A stretch of 64,000 bases of DNA from assembly GCA_964016885.1 (NCBI GenBank), contig OZ024746.1, positions 88,970,001 to 89,034,000 on the forward strand, given 5' to 3'. Shown here in pieces: positions 1 to 13,699 of this stretch. Position 1 is the first letter of the stretch. Each line of letters opens with the position of its first letter. This stretch comes from Eledone cirrhosa (taxonomy: Eukaryota). The translations under genes were made by a program, and so were the position numbers. The notes beneath the pieces were generated by a model. It was given only the letters and a program-made list of their open reading frames with translations. It was not told the DNA's origin and made no database searches.

Positions 1-66
<66 letters not shown>

Positions 67-90
67 TAAAGGTATAGAAAGTATTGTAGC

Positions 91-121
<31 letters not shown>

Positions 122-122
<1 letters not shown>

Positions 123-272
123 TAATAATAATAAATTTGAAGACTAAAATCCAAAGAGTGCTCAATAAGGATAAATATATATCAAATATATAAGAACCCT
201 AGAGTAAATATTTTAAGATCCCGTTAATGGTGAAAGCAGCCATTCTTTTCTTAAACTTTAATCTGTTATTTT
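122..272 (+). repeat. Family H microsatellite-associated repeat (gatcccgttaagggtGAAAgcagcgattctttgcttaaac plus tail)
   Basis: Related pieces at 3305-3452, 3650-3731, 5373-5470, 30886-30930, 41252-41340 and 62331-62367. Confidence 0.75.
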
Positions 273-2335
273 AAAAAATATATATATATATATATTTATA
301 TACATGTGTGTGTACGTGTGTGTGTTTGTACAAACATACATACACATGTTTGCCGGTGTTTTTGTGAAAGGGAGATACATATATTTCCACTATGACGATT
401 ACCTTGACTGATATACGCCTGGAAAACCAACGCCGTTTTAATATATTCGAGTCAAAGAAAGCTCCAAGTTGAAATTATACTCGACTTTTATGACAAACCA
501 CTATGTTTTAAATTAACACTGTACCTGCTAAAACAGTCTTACATATCTATTGAATTGTTAGATAAAGTAAATAAACTTCACTAAAATTACAATCTATAAA
601 CATAAAATATATTAAAATACGTACTGGATAAAGTACTTCTAGATATGCAGAAAGACGAAAGTTGTCTATGTATGCATTTAACATAATGCACTACAATATG
701 TGAATCCTGTTCAACATTCGCATGTAAATGTTTAAGCTTGGCAGAAAACCCCGAAACTATTCATTGTAGTAAGTTATTTTAACTATAAGGTAACTAGCTA
801 ACTTAAATCAACTTATCAGTAACAACAAATCCTGATTATCAAAAGTAAAAATATATTTCCAACGCTTTTAATCTATTTATGTACGTGTAGCTGAGTTGTT
901 AGAGAATTGGATTCGCAATCGTGAGACTGTGCGTTCCATTACTGGACCGGGCGATGCGTTATGTCCTTTATTTCACCTTGCTCCTTCTACCTGGAGTTGC
1001 GACCGACAGATATTATTAGCAATTGGAAAGACCAAGGGAAACATTGTTTCCACAGTCCGATTTGACGAAAGTCGATCGTTCCCTTTTAGTAAGGACTCGT
1101 ATATCGCCGTATATTTCCAATTATTTTGATGAAGCCCATGTATTTGGAAATATCTTCAGTGATATCTGAAAGACTTCTGCTCAAGCTGTGCGTAGGATAC
1201 TCGGGATAATAATCCATCTTGTACTGTGTGAACGAAAATATTTCGATTGTCTGTTTCAGACATTGTTAAATGAATCAGTACTTAAATTTTTAGTTTACAT
1301 TTTTGCAATACTTTACCCGTGCTTTAAATTTCTTGATTTCTCATAGCATAATGTAATTCCACTCAATATTCCACTAATCTCTTAATCTCGTAACTTTCTG
1401 TTCCATTATAACAAATTCTTCTGTTTAACTCTTGTTTATAATTGTTGATTACAATTCAGCATGCAATATATTTCTAATACTTGTATTCATTTAATTGTTA
1501 TAAAACTATTTAATACTAAAGGCGTTAATACGTAATTATGTAATTGCATGTAGCCCCTATGTGCTTGTGGTAACGTAATCACGTTTGGGTTGCTGAATTT
1601 TAAATCATGTCATTATTTTTACATTTATTTAATTTTTACTAATTCAATTAGTTTCCTCTTAATATGAAATTAGTTAATAATTGAAATTCCAATATTACTG
1701 AGATCCAATACTTTATTTTTAACATTTATTGTTTGCAAATCACTTCAGAAATATTATTAGCTGATTTGTCAAAATTTTCCTTGATGTTCCACCACATAAT
1801 TAATACCAAACATTTGCAAATGTATGCATAAATTATGTGCGTCATCATTGACATGTAAACGGAAGGAGATTCAGGTTTTAAAACGTCTATTAATAGTTAA
1901 AATGAAGAAAAAAGTTGAATTCGGAAAAGCTTTTGCGTTGCAGAGAATCTTCCAGATTCTTCATCTACTTTCTAAGTTCAATCCCAACACGACAAACGCT
2001 GCATTAGTGTCGATGAAATAAAGTACACACTCAGAAATGTTGATTGGCAAGTATTTAAGTGTATCTGCCATGGTATAGAGTTTATTTGTATAATTCTGTT
2101 TAGATTTTAGTTTACATCCTAATGCAGCCTACATTACTAATGTAAATCAACTGTTGCCAACTTTTGTTGCAGCAACTTACAATTGGGTGAATTCATGATC
2201 TCACCTTCCATGATAATTTACACCAGGATAACTTAACCAGTCTCACAGGCTCTGAAATTATCATGAGATTCAACATTTATTACTTGGCTAAATGGTGAAA
2301 AGTAGAAGGTAGGCAAGGTGAAAAACACTCGCATG

Positions 2336-2457
<122 letters not shown>

Positions 2458-2511
2458 CGGAAAAATGAAACGAAATTTCATTTCCCACTCTTAGTACGGC
2501 TGTTACATAAA

Positions 2512-2902
2512 TATAAGTATGTACACGTACATACATATATGTATACAGACTACAGTAGGCACCCGGCCGATTAACCCACTCGATATGCAAATTGGGCTAC
2601 TCAGCCGTTAATATGCATAAGGTAAGTATATACGTTCAACAATCTGGCAGGAAGGAATACGTTGCTGACGATAGCTAATAAGCTTGAAACTAATACAGCG
2701 TTCCTTTGTCAGTGTTGAACAAACGAGCAACGATGGTTGCTGGACACTACGGCTTAATACGGGATGTTTGTTTACAAACACACCAAGCATTATAATAAAT
2801 GTTCGGTGAATCCATACGTACGTATATATCTGTGTGCATGTATGTATATATATAGACATACTACTGTACGTATGTATACATATATGTATGTACGTGTACA
2901 TA

Positions 2903-2906
<4 letters not shown>
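2512..2906 (+). mobile_element. Short hammerhead-bearing element (family A) with inverted termini, close to (AT)n tracts
   Basis: 2512-2557 is the near reverse complement of 2860-2906; the body is homologous to 45000-45367 (-). Confidence 0.75.
2654..2704 (+). ncRNA. Minimal type-I hammerhead ribozyme (family A)
   Basis: ggaatACGTTG CTGACGA t-agct-aata-agct-t GAAA ctaa TA CAGCGTtcc; stems I and II pair. Confidence 0.8.
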
Positions 2907-2943
<37 letters not shown>

Positions 2944-3019
2944 TAGAATTGGCGCTCTGAAATAGTTATATATAGTTTAACTAAGCATACAGTGTATTGC
3001 AAAATACACTATATATACA

Positions 3020-3107
<88 letters not shown>

Positions 3108-3154
3108 TATGAAAGTCTCAATATCTAATGATATAATTTAACAACCGTGTCTCG

Positions 3155-3297
<143 letters not shown>

Positions 3298-3304
3298 GTT
3301 TAGG

Positions 3305-3478
3305 TTTCAGAAGATCCCGTTAAGGGTGAAAGCAGCGATTCTTTGCTTAAAATATGTTATTTTAAAAAATATAGGGTTCTTATATATTTGATATATATTT
3401 ATCCTTATCGAGCACTCTTTGAATTATAGTCTTCACACTTATTATTATTACTATATATATATATCTATATATTTGTAC

Positions 3479-3521
<43 letters not shown>

Positions 3522-3731
3522 AATATATACGTATAAATAAATATAGTACATATATAAATATATATATTATATATATAAATATATATACTATATATATAAA
3601 TATATATACTATATATATAAATATATATACTATATATATAAATATATATAGTAATAATAATAAGTGTGAAGACTAAAATCCAAAGAAGGTTCGATAAGGA
3701 TAAATATATATCAAATATATAAGAACCCTAG
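3305..3731. repeat. Family H copy with inverted tails around an AT tract
   Basis: 3372-3452 is the reverse complement of 3650-3731; cagaaga-tcccgttaagggt-GAAA at 3308-3331. Confidence 0.75.
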
Positions 3732-3764
3732 ACCAAATATTTATTAAAATAACACATATACCAA

Positions 3765-3942
3765 TGGATTGGCAGTATCAGTAGAGATTCGGCCGCCATG
3801 CATATATTTTCGGCCCTTGCCATTCTGAGTTCAAATCCCGCCGATGTTAACTTTGCCTTTCATCCTTACGTGGTCGATAAAATAAAGTACCAGTAATGCA
3901 CTGGATAATTGCTGGGCGTGTGCCAAAAGTAGAAACAATTAT
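3765..3942 (+). mobile_element. tRNA-derived SINE (octopus-type), short form
   Basis: A-box-like tggcagtatc.gtagag, B-box gagttcaaatccc, conserved ctttgcctttcatcctt...gtcgataaaataaagtaccag. Confidence 0.88.
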
Positions 3943-5132
3943 ATAGTGAAACTGTTCACACGCTTTTCACTAACAAAGCAACACTCTGATAAAGAACGTT
4001 TACATAGAAATGTTATTTATTCGTTTCTCTTTCACACATTTAATAATAGAAAGCAAATAACGATACTGAACTTCACAATTTTATAGATAAATTACATTTC
4101 CCTATATGAATGCAGGATCTTTTATTTGAGGTATTTCCTGATATATTTAACAGTGCACACAAGCATAAGGATATTGGACATGTATAATGTGAAGCATGTA
4201 TTCAATGTATTCAAGTTATAATTGTTGTTATGCAGTATATCAACATAATGTACTCCATTTAAAGCTCATCAAGTTTAGAAATATACACCAACCTACTTAG
4301 GTATACATTAGTATAAAATATTGCACGCGAAATTATATAGCATACATCTTTGGTGAGAGAGGTATCAGCTGTAAAGATTGAATCGATTTTCGCACAGTCA
4401 ATACATCGTAAATTTTACATAACATTAATTAATCTCCTTTCAAAATGAGAGAGAGAATCAATACTGAAGAATGGTTACACTTGTCTTCTATTATGTATCG
4501 TAAGAGATGACAGGAAATACTTTCTACATATTCATGTTTGTCATTTTTATTTAAATACTATAATGTCTATACTTTTAATATTGCAGATTTTGATTTATGG
4601 TGCATCTCAATGTATTAGATTGATGCTACATATATTGATACATTTCTTCCTATCTTCTTCGTGTGTAATAGAATCTACAGTGTGTGAATAACAAATATTA
4701 ATACACTAAACTAGATAAAAACAATTTTGATAAATTATTAGAAATCCTAGCCAATTATTTGGTTCATTGATACACTGACCGATCAATAAATATCTCGTAT
4801 CAATTTAATGATACATTAATATGTCATCACGAGACCAAATCTAATACATAACCTACAATAACAAAAATGATAATTGACTATGATAACAAGCGAAAATTTC
4901 ATAGCAATGCTTCATAATTAAGATGGTAGATTTCAAGAATTCTTGAATTTATGCTTTCTATAATCTAGAAGGATGATTAATAAGTAGATATTATATGAAA
5001 GACATACCTACATTTATATGTCTTGACAGCAGAGCCGGCCAAGTCATTAAAAATATCGGTCCAAATTGATGAAAAGCCAGTTTGAATCATGAACATAATA
5101 CATTGTAATAATAAATGATATTCATTTAATAA

Positions 5133-5168
5133 TTCAGGTTCAGTTTGGATATCCAAACTGAACCTGAA
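5133..5168. repeat. Perfect 36-bp palindrome
   Basis: ttcaggttcagtttggat|atccaaactgaacctgaa. Confidence 0.9.
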
Positions 5169-5219
5169 CCGATAAGCTCTGGTTTCTTGGGTATGTCAAC
5201 ATTTATAAAACAAATTTTG

Positions 5220-5280
5220 TATTTTATCTGATGAGTACGTACCAAGATGTTTGTACCCTAGAAATATATATAATAAAATA
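5220..5280 (+). ncRNA. Hammerhead motif, family B (stem II base degenerate)
   Basis: tattttat CTGATGA gtacgtac...gtacccta GAAA tatata TA ataaaata. Confidence 0.6.
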
Positions 5281-5331
5281 AATATGGTTTTATAAATATA
5301 GTTTCCATTTATTAATATCATTGATATATAC

Positions 5332-5376
<45 letters not shown>

Positions 5377-5492
5377 GATAATAATAAATGTGAAGATTAT
5401 ATCCGAAGAATTGAGGAGATCCCGTAAAAGGTGAAAACAGCGGTTCTTTGCATAGACTTTAATCTGTACATTTTTAATATATATATAGATAT

Positions 5493-6990
5493 TATGTTCT
5501 ATTTTAGCATGTTGGTGGAGTACTGATGAGTCCTTTCTATCTTGGAGCCCCCGCCAGTGTTCATTTAATCGTTCTCCTATACTACGAGCTGTCTCGCCTA
5601 TTTACATTATATTCTTATATTTACATTGTCCCTCAATACATATTATGCTACATACTCTGTTTCTAGTTTTGCAGTTAATATGGGGGCTTAGTTTACAGAT
5701 TATGCATTTCTTACCTCTACAGGAGGTCTTTGAAAAGGGTATGTATTACTAATACGTGTTTTTATGGAGGTACCCTAGTCATTCCACACCAAAATCAACA
5801 AACTAGCTGCGGATTTAGTATGGGTCATGAGGAACGTATGTGCAACCCCAAAGAACTAGAGACACATACAACACTTCAGCCACAGTATGCAGTTCCCTGG
5901 TTAATATCAGAGAGATAAAATCAAAGTATATAGAGAAGCCACAACCAGATGGGAAAAAGATGGTAAATAATGATACAAATGTGCTCTGCCCCTAACATAG
6001 GAGCAAATTTTGGAATAGAATAGAAAGAACTAGGAATAAGGTTAATATAATAAACTCATGGTATGATAGCAATAAATACCAGAGTGTAATGTTCATCAAT
6101 ACAACCCCTAGAGGTGAACTACCTTACACATTTTGAAGGGCTCTAGATGAATTTAAACTAATTATTAAGATAGTGGAAAGACAAGGTACCTCTATAAAAA
6201 CACTTATTAGTAATACATACCCTTTTCAAAGACCTCCTGTATAGATAAGAAATGCATAATCTGTAAACTAAGCCCCCATATTAACTACAAAACTAGAAAC
6301 ATAGTATATAGCATACGATGTACTGAGGGACAATGTAAAGATAAGAATATAAGGTACATAGGTGAGAGAGGTCGCATTATAGGAGATCGATTAAATGAAC
6401 ACAGGCGAAAGCTTCAAGATAGAAAAGACTATCATTACTCCACCAACATGCTAAAACAGAACATAGAAATAAATATACAATCTACACGCAGAAAAGACTC
6501 TATGTTTACACAAATCACAGAGGCAATAAACATAAATGAACTCCAAACAAAATTAAATAGAAAACATGAATGGAATGGCAACATCACAACTTACAATTAA
6601 AGACAAAATGAAAACACACACACATAGAAAAAACAACCAACTAGTAACATGTAAATAAACAAATTAATAAACAAATAAAAACACACGCAGACACCCAGAT
6701 GTAACACATGCACAAGCTAAGCACACAACACACACAAAAACAAGATGGCGCAGGACAGAAGAAAGGAGATGCAAAAAACAAAGAAAAGAACCCCCGGTCA
6801 CTGATGAAGTCCCATAATGTGTGACAAAAGAACATTGACAATATATGAACAACAGTCCGGTTGTGGAACCAACCAACCAACAGGAAAATTAGAATTTTTT
6901 TTTTATTTATAATTTATAATAAATTGGAGTGAAAGTGACTGTTGCATGTGTTTCTTATAGGCAACATGACCCTCCCAAAGTATGACAATA
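5493..6990 (+). mobile_element. Degenerate Penelope-like element with inverted 5' segment
   Basis: 5780-6600 is a broken homologue of the 52-53 kb ORF ([46 protein letters not shown]). 5493-5774 is the reverse complement of about 6185-6464. The pseudo-LTR follows at 6600-6990. Confidence 0.88.
6797..6839 (+). ncRNA. Degenerate hammerhead in PLE pseudo-LTR
   Basis: gtca CTGATGA agtccc...gtgac AAAA gaac at tgac. The consensus with 26105-26147 (-) and 26660-26702 (+) restores gtca CTGAnGA g gtcac..gtgac GAAA gaac TT tgac. Confidence 0.6.
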
Positions 6991-7214
6991 TCGGTTTCAA
7001 CACACGTTTTCAGATAAAGAAACTTGCTAAACAAATTCAGAAATGAAATATATATATATATATATATTTACTTGTTTTACGGTTCAGTATATCATTTTTA
7101 AAAAAAAACAATATCAGATGTATTTAATCATTAAATTAGTTAGTACTTTTCTGTATGATTTTCCTCCATTTCTCAAAAATATATTTAATTCCATGTTCGT
7201 CCATAATATTTTGT

Positions 7215-7565
7215 AGGATATGTGGTGAATAATTCATCGGGAGTTGCTAGTCGATTATCAAACAATAGCAGCCACAGTCCATTGGCAACAGATAAGATGT
7301 TTGAAAGCAGATTTGCAGCAAAAATGTAACAAATACAAAAATGAGTCATTTTTCATCATGATACATCAAGATTAGACCTTACACTGCTAAAAAAATGAAC
7401 GATCTCTTAAATATATTCTGGGTGATTATACCTCAACTTCAATATTGCCCAGGCAACTACCATCTCCTTCGACGGTTGCAAAATCATTTAAGTGGATTGA
7501 CTTTTTCTTCAAGAGAAGAAGTGGATAATGATTTAGTCTCCTTTTTTTATTTCAGAACAACTACC
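7215..7565 (+). mobile_element. Degenerate mariner transposase fragment
   Basis: IIHRELL..QTI.A.V..QQ..LKA.LQ.K, an HHD-like segment and NYHLLRRLQNHLSGLTFSSREEVDNDLVSFF resemble the mariner DD34D C-terminus. Confidence 0.8.
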
Positions 7566-8535
7566 GATAGAATATGACCAACATTAACTATTGTTGCATT
7601 ATCTAAATATAATTCAGAAGTTAGATACCTTTAAATTCAACTCGAGATTAATTTTTAAAAAAGGAGAAAATTTCGTTACAACTTGATATATATATACTCT
7701 TACGTATTCAAGCCAACTGGATGAGGCCATAGTGGTGCAACATGAAATCTAATTTTCGTTCTAAACACGCAATCAATGCCCAAGGAAATATTATTGTATA
7801 CATAAATACCAATGTAATTCATTATATTCAATAAGTGCATTATCTGAAACCAAACAACATTTATGTGTTTGATTATGTTCATAGCATTTAAATATACAGA
7901 ATTGTTCTATATAGTTCATGGAATATTAATATTAAACTATATTCGTATTCCGTGAGATATCAGTATGCCTTATTATTATCCAAACGTGGGAAAATGTTTA
8001 TTTTGAGTTATTGGTAGTCATATTCTTAAAACGAAAAAAAAAAAAACAACATAAATCTATAACGGTTGAAAATACATGATATTCCTTTTCATAATTCAGT
8101 AAAAACAATGGTGATTCACAAACAGTTACCAATTAAAATCGTTTTACATTTTACATTGATCAAATGAGATCCCATACATATAGATGCTGAAAAGAAAACA
8201 AAACGAAGAATGGTGCGTCTACATGTAGGGTGCGCCGTACAATTTCTGTGTTAGAGGTATACAACAAAATATAAATATTGTAGTGCTTAGTGCGTCGGAA
8301 TATCGGTTCGAACGCGTACATAATGCTTGTAATTGAAACGGGATGTATATTTTTTTTAAATACAAAAATGTAAGTATGATCTAAGGATATATTCCATTTG
8401 TATTATCTAGATGTTGGACATCCGACACGTATATAGCAACTAGAAAACAGATGGTAATGGTTCTCTGTAATATCGCCACATGAAATCACTTTTTTAGGTC
8501 TGTATCACTTATGTTCAAGAACTTAGTATTATATG

Positions 8536-8613
<78 letters not shown>

Positions 8614-9049
8614 ATGTATATATATTCTTTTAATAAAATATAGATTTTTCATTTTTAATTTATAGATCTCAATAATTTAATCAAATTTAAACAATAGATA
8701 AATTTCTCCGGTTACTAGTATCTATCTATTTATTTATCTATACACGCTAACTCATCCAACTATATATTTATCTTTTCGCTTCATCATTTCATAAAACTAC
8801 GTTAATACAACACTCTCTCACTTAGGGTTTTCTCTCTTTCTCTTCCTCTTTATTTTTCTTCTTTTGTTTTTCCTATTCCTTTTTCTTTTCTTTTCTTTTC
8901 TTTTCTTTTCTTTTCTTTTATTTTCCTTCTTTGGGTTTGCTCTTTTTTCTCCTTCTCTTTTCCCTATTCCAAGAGCTTACTTTAAATGTGTGGGATTTAA
9001 ACCTCTCCGACACTAATTTGCATAATAGACCAATAATAAAATTAATAAC

Positions 9050-9327
9050 CCCACTATCCAGGAGGTTCCAACAGACATGGTCGCATTCTTTTAAGGGTAT
9101 GTCAATATTTGTTTATAAAACTGATCTATATTATATTTTATCTGATGAAAGCGCACCATAATTTGCTTTCGTGTCCTTGAAATATGTATAATGAAATAAA
9201 TATGGTTTTATAAATTTAGTTTCCATTTATTAATATATTGTATTTTTACTCCAAAAATTTGTTGAGTGCTTTATATCAGTTATAAAAATATTTGCTTGTT
9301 TTATCCCAACAAATTAAATATAACTTC

Positions 9328-9330
<3 letters not shown>
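9050..9330 (+). mobile_element. Family B hammerhead element ending in (AT)n
   Basis: Homologous pieces at 5185-5320, 9406-9465 (-), 18155-18360 and 30440-30740. Confidence 0.75.
9134..9198 (+). ncRNA. Hammerhead ribozyme, family B
   Basis: tattttat CTGATGA aagCgcac...gtgtCctt GAAA tatgta TA atgaaata. Confidence 0.75.
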
Positions 9331-9409
<79 letters not shown>

Positions 9410-10164
9410 GAAGTTATATTTAATAAATGGAAACTAAATTTATAAAACCATATTTATTTCATTATATATATATATATATGTATATATTTGGTAAACCCTG
9501 CTAATACCGGTCGATCCCCGACAGGTTTGCGGTCGAGCCGGTAGCAATAGAGACTTCTGCTGTCATTGGCCCTACTGCCACCTCCCTACTCGCCACTATC
9601 GGCACAAATTTGGCTACTTGCAGGTGTTAACCCCACGTACTGCAATTGTTCCTTCATCGCGTCTCTCTCACCATCCTCCAGTGAAATGCTTTCTCTATTC
9701 TGTAGTCTTCCAAATATATTCTTCATATTTGATGTGGTTCCTTCATCCAGGTATATTGCATTCATATTACGATTCGAAATATTCCTATATTGGGTACGGA
9801 ATTATTGTTCAAATTAAAGTAAATAGAGACACTCTTAAGAAAAGACCTAAGTATGATAGTAGAGAATTGCAAGAAGAAAGCTGGAGTGATATTTTAAGTG
9901 ATATCACTCCATTAAGTTAGGTATATACTTTCAACGTTAGATATATGGCGCTCTGCGAATGACTCTCAAATATGCTTAACACAATCAAAAATTGATTGTG
10001 TTAAAATAACCTACAATATTATATTGGATAATACTATCTAATTCACACATGATAGATTAATTAAACATACCACCTTGCCATTCATATATTGCTCGACGCT
10101 AATAGAATCATATTCTACTTCAACAAACACCCGATTATTGAACCTTTTACATATGTGATTAAAT

Positions 10165-10350
10165 ATTGTTTCTAATTTTGGCAGAAGGCCAGCAATTACT
10201 CCAGTGCAATACTGGTGTTTTATTTTATCCTGTAAGGGTCATAGGTAAAGCTAACCTCAGAGTGATTACAACTCAGAAGGTGAAGTGCCATAACTCTATC
10301 CTGCAAAGCATTGTGTATGACGCTCTACCGATACTGCCAATCCACCGCCT
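10165..10350 (-). mobile_element. SINE copy (diverged)
   Basis: Same family: ctctaccgatactgccaatccaccgcc. Confidence 0.8.
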
Positions 10351-10700
10351 TTTATATGTTACAGACATTAAAAAAATTGCTTCTTGCAGAAAGCCAAGGA
10401 AGATGGTAAATATTTTTAAAAAGGCGCTCAATAGTGTCAGATAATCAAACAATCTAGAATGTAGATGGATATTCTGTCAATTCAAAGTTGAAAACAATCA
10501 TTGATAATATTTCTAAATTAATTATTGTTATTCTCTTTTTGTTTTGGATATATAACAAAAGTTTTATCACGTTTGGATTAAACGAATATGTTAGAATTGG
10601 CGCCTACTGTATGCAATATCTCTTCTATATATCAGTGTTATATTAATGAATTTTCTATTCTTATTCTTAACATCAGCGGTAATATCTTACTAAAGTAATA

Positions 10701-10880
10701 TAATTGTTTCTGCTTTTGGCACAAGGCTAGCAATTACCCAGTATATTATTGGTACTTTATTTTATCGGCCCCGTAAGGAAGAAAGACAAAGTTAACCTCG
10801 GCGGGATTTGAACTCAGAACGTAAAGGAACGTAACTATGCTAGAAAGCATGACGTGCGACCCTCTACCGATACTGCCAAT
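10701..10880 (-). mobile_element. SINE copy
   Basis: Same family motifs. Confidence 0.88.
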
Positions 10881-11645
10881 CGACAACCAGTAAAGTCATA
10901 TAATATTGATGCACATGAAATTGTATCTTTATTATTTCTTTTAATTTTTTTCTTTTTATTTGTAAATGATAAACTTTGTATCACATCTCTTTTTAAAAGA
11001 ATACTCATTATGCTTGAGGCTATTCTCTTGAATGTAAATTACATAGATATTTGTTTGCAAAAATAATGTGCTTTTATTTTGCTTGCTGTGTGGATAACAT
11101 CAACACAAGAGAATATAACATGTGTGGTATAAACGTATATGTGATTAAAATCCGTTGACAAACCCCCAGGCATTCTCAACATTATCTCATTTTTTTCTAC
11201 TACCGGTATGTTACAGAGAAACCAATTTTGAATATATAAATTTTCATATCAGCATTTCAGATGGTGAATACTCTTCTTTAATACTTCAACGTGTGGGTGC
11301 GTGCGTGCCTCGCTGTCTATATCTGTGTAATGGATGTGGGAATGTGTATATAATAACTGTATGTGCATATAATAACCTGCAGGTATGTGTATGGGTGCGG
11401 ATGTGATTATGTATGTGTCTATATATTTAAATGTGTGTGGGTATGTATGTGTGTTATACTGATGAATATTTGTGCATGGTGTGTTAATTACAATCCCTAG
11501 CTGTAAACAGAACTGTTTTTGAAACAGTATTCAAAACCAATGCTGTTGCCGTTTTTTGTTGTTCTACTGAAAGAGCAGAGCTTTTGTAAATACGTTCCAG
11601 TCCCAAATATATGTTATAGATATGTCATATATATTCGTGTGCCAT

Positions 11646-11750
11646 CGCCGAGGTTAACTTTGCCTTTCATCCTTGCGGGGTCGATAAAATAAAGTACCAG
11701 TTATGCACTGGGTAATTTGCTGGCCTTGTGCCTAAAGTAGAAACAATTAT
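11646..11750 (+). mobile_element. SINE copy, 5'-truncated
   Basis: 3' half only. Confidence 0.85.
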
Positions 11751-13189
11751 TTGTCAAAAAGGTTTGCTTTTTTAGTGTTGTGTGATTTGGTGGGTTTCAT
11801 CTAATATGTTCATCAGCGTTTGCCATCATTTAGATACAACTAACTAGACTGCAATACCGGAGATGTTATTTGTCTTAATTGTATATAATACATGCTATAG
11901 ATGATTATGTTGGATATCTGAGTAGTTCCTAAATTCTGTAGATCCATTAGCTTTCGTAGTATGAAAAGGAAAAGGAATTATGTTATCCTTTCAGAATTTT
12001 GAACGGTGTCATTCTTCAAAGGTGCGAACGCGTGTTGAAGAAATCATTTCATTATATATCTAATAATTTGACTACCCATGCATTAAATATTTGCAGTTGA
12101 ACCTGTTGAAGCTTGACATTAACAGATGGGAGAGTATCAGGATACATTCTAATTTAATTCATTCTCTATGGATTGCTTGTTGAATCAGTCGATAGCTCTT
12201 CATTCAAAATTCTCATCTTTCTAAACCAATACCAATGTTATATTCCTTCGTTTCTCCCAAGAGAACGATAAAACGTAGAAATATCATATAATGTGTATCA
12301 CTAAATATAATCCCGGTTATGAAGAAAACACCTAATTTTTGATGGATCATTTATCTACACTATGTCAACAAACACACAAAAGAAAAATACTAGTATGTAT
12401 ATTCATTCTGAAGTAAATATTTATAGTTACGCTAGAAAAATTCAAACGATTATGCAATTCATGAGTGAAGATTTGCATTTCGTTATGACACCTGATATAA
12501 CCAAGTACAAATATCCATTACTAAATATAAACATTGTAAGCATTACCATTACATATTTTAAGAAGATCATGAATATATTTAACGCTCTACGGGTGAACGC
12601 GCCTCTCCGTCTATTTTATAGATAAAGCTTGCCTTTAGATAAAATGATCCACGTTTCTGATATATGCAGAACACATTCTAACTGCAGCAAATCTCCAAAT
12701 GGATTAAATGTAAATATGTAAGAATGAATGGTTTACAGCACTTTACTGGTTATAATAAACCTACATACTTTCGAATTCCAAATTAACTAATCTGTAAATA
12801 AAACTTGGTTCTGTAATTCAGATATAGACGCTAGAGCTAGTATAATAGGCAAGAAGTTTCATATCTATTGCGATATTCAGCCCAGAGTGTTTGGATGTTA
12901 TAATAAATGTTGTCGTTGTGTTCTAATAGATTAAGGGGTTCAGACAAAATTAAAATCAGTTCAGTTCCTTATCCACGACAAAATAACCAGATCCATAGTG
13001 CATTTGTAATATGCCTTGATATTTAATATTGTAATAACGCATTACTATGTGGCATGTCTATATCAACACATTTAGAATGCGTGAAACTTAGGAACAAGTA
13101 TTTAAAATATACCATCTTATTGCCGTTTCAATGTTATGAAATGAATTGGTAACTATATGTCATCAACGCCAACTACGTAAAAGCTATTT

Positions 13190-13470
13190 CATCCCTGCTA
13201 CAGAAAGAAGATGAGTCCATGTTCACTCTATCTCCAGGAATTACCCGCCAGTCATGATATCACTTCCAACCCAGCTACTCATGTCAATCATATTTATGTA
13301 TATAGTGAACAGGAGAGACGACAGTATGCACCCTTGGGGGAGCCCGACTCCCACATTGAAGGGTTTCGATTCAGCACCATTTATCCGAACACAAATACAT
13401 AGGCATTCTTATAGACACATTAGGGCATCAATAAGCCGGCCGCCAATGCCATACTCCTGCACAGCTTAAA
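13190..13470 (-). mobile_element. RTE-clade LINE RT core fragment
   Basis: EYGIGGRLI...VRINGAESKPFNVGVGLPQGCILSSLLFTIY. Confidence 0.82.
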
Positions 13471-13699
13471 CCTTGCATATTAAAACAAGTAGCCTAAACG
13501 GATGGTAATTTTCGCGATATACACTGTGACAAATGAAAATTAGAACGAGTCCGTTACACCTGAAATATAAACAGAAATAATGGTGATTAAACGTGATAAA
13601 ATGCTTGGAGTCTCGTCAGAGCAATTTTGCAAGTAAATGGGTCACAGGTGACAGCTTGGGCTGGAGGAAAGGCCTTTGTAGATTATGCAAGGTTCTTCT

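Noticed and set aside
896-1265. GC-richer segment with short ORFs
   Set aside because: The frames I translated are interrupted by stops and show no recognisable motif.
3765-3942. tRNA genes at the A/B-box sequences
   Set aside because: No cloverleaf, extended A-B spacing and a constant downstream domain show these are SINE heads.
9720-9760. ctggatga hammerhead-like word on the minus strand
   Set aside because: The core has an insertion and I could not build stems I and III.
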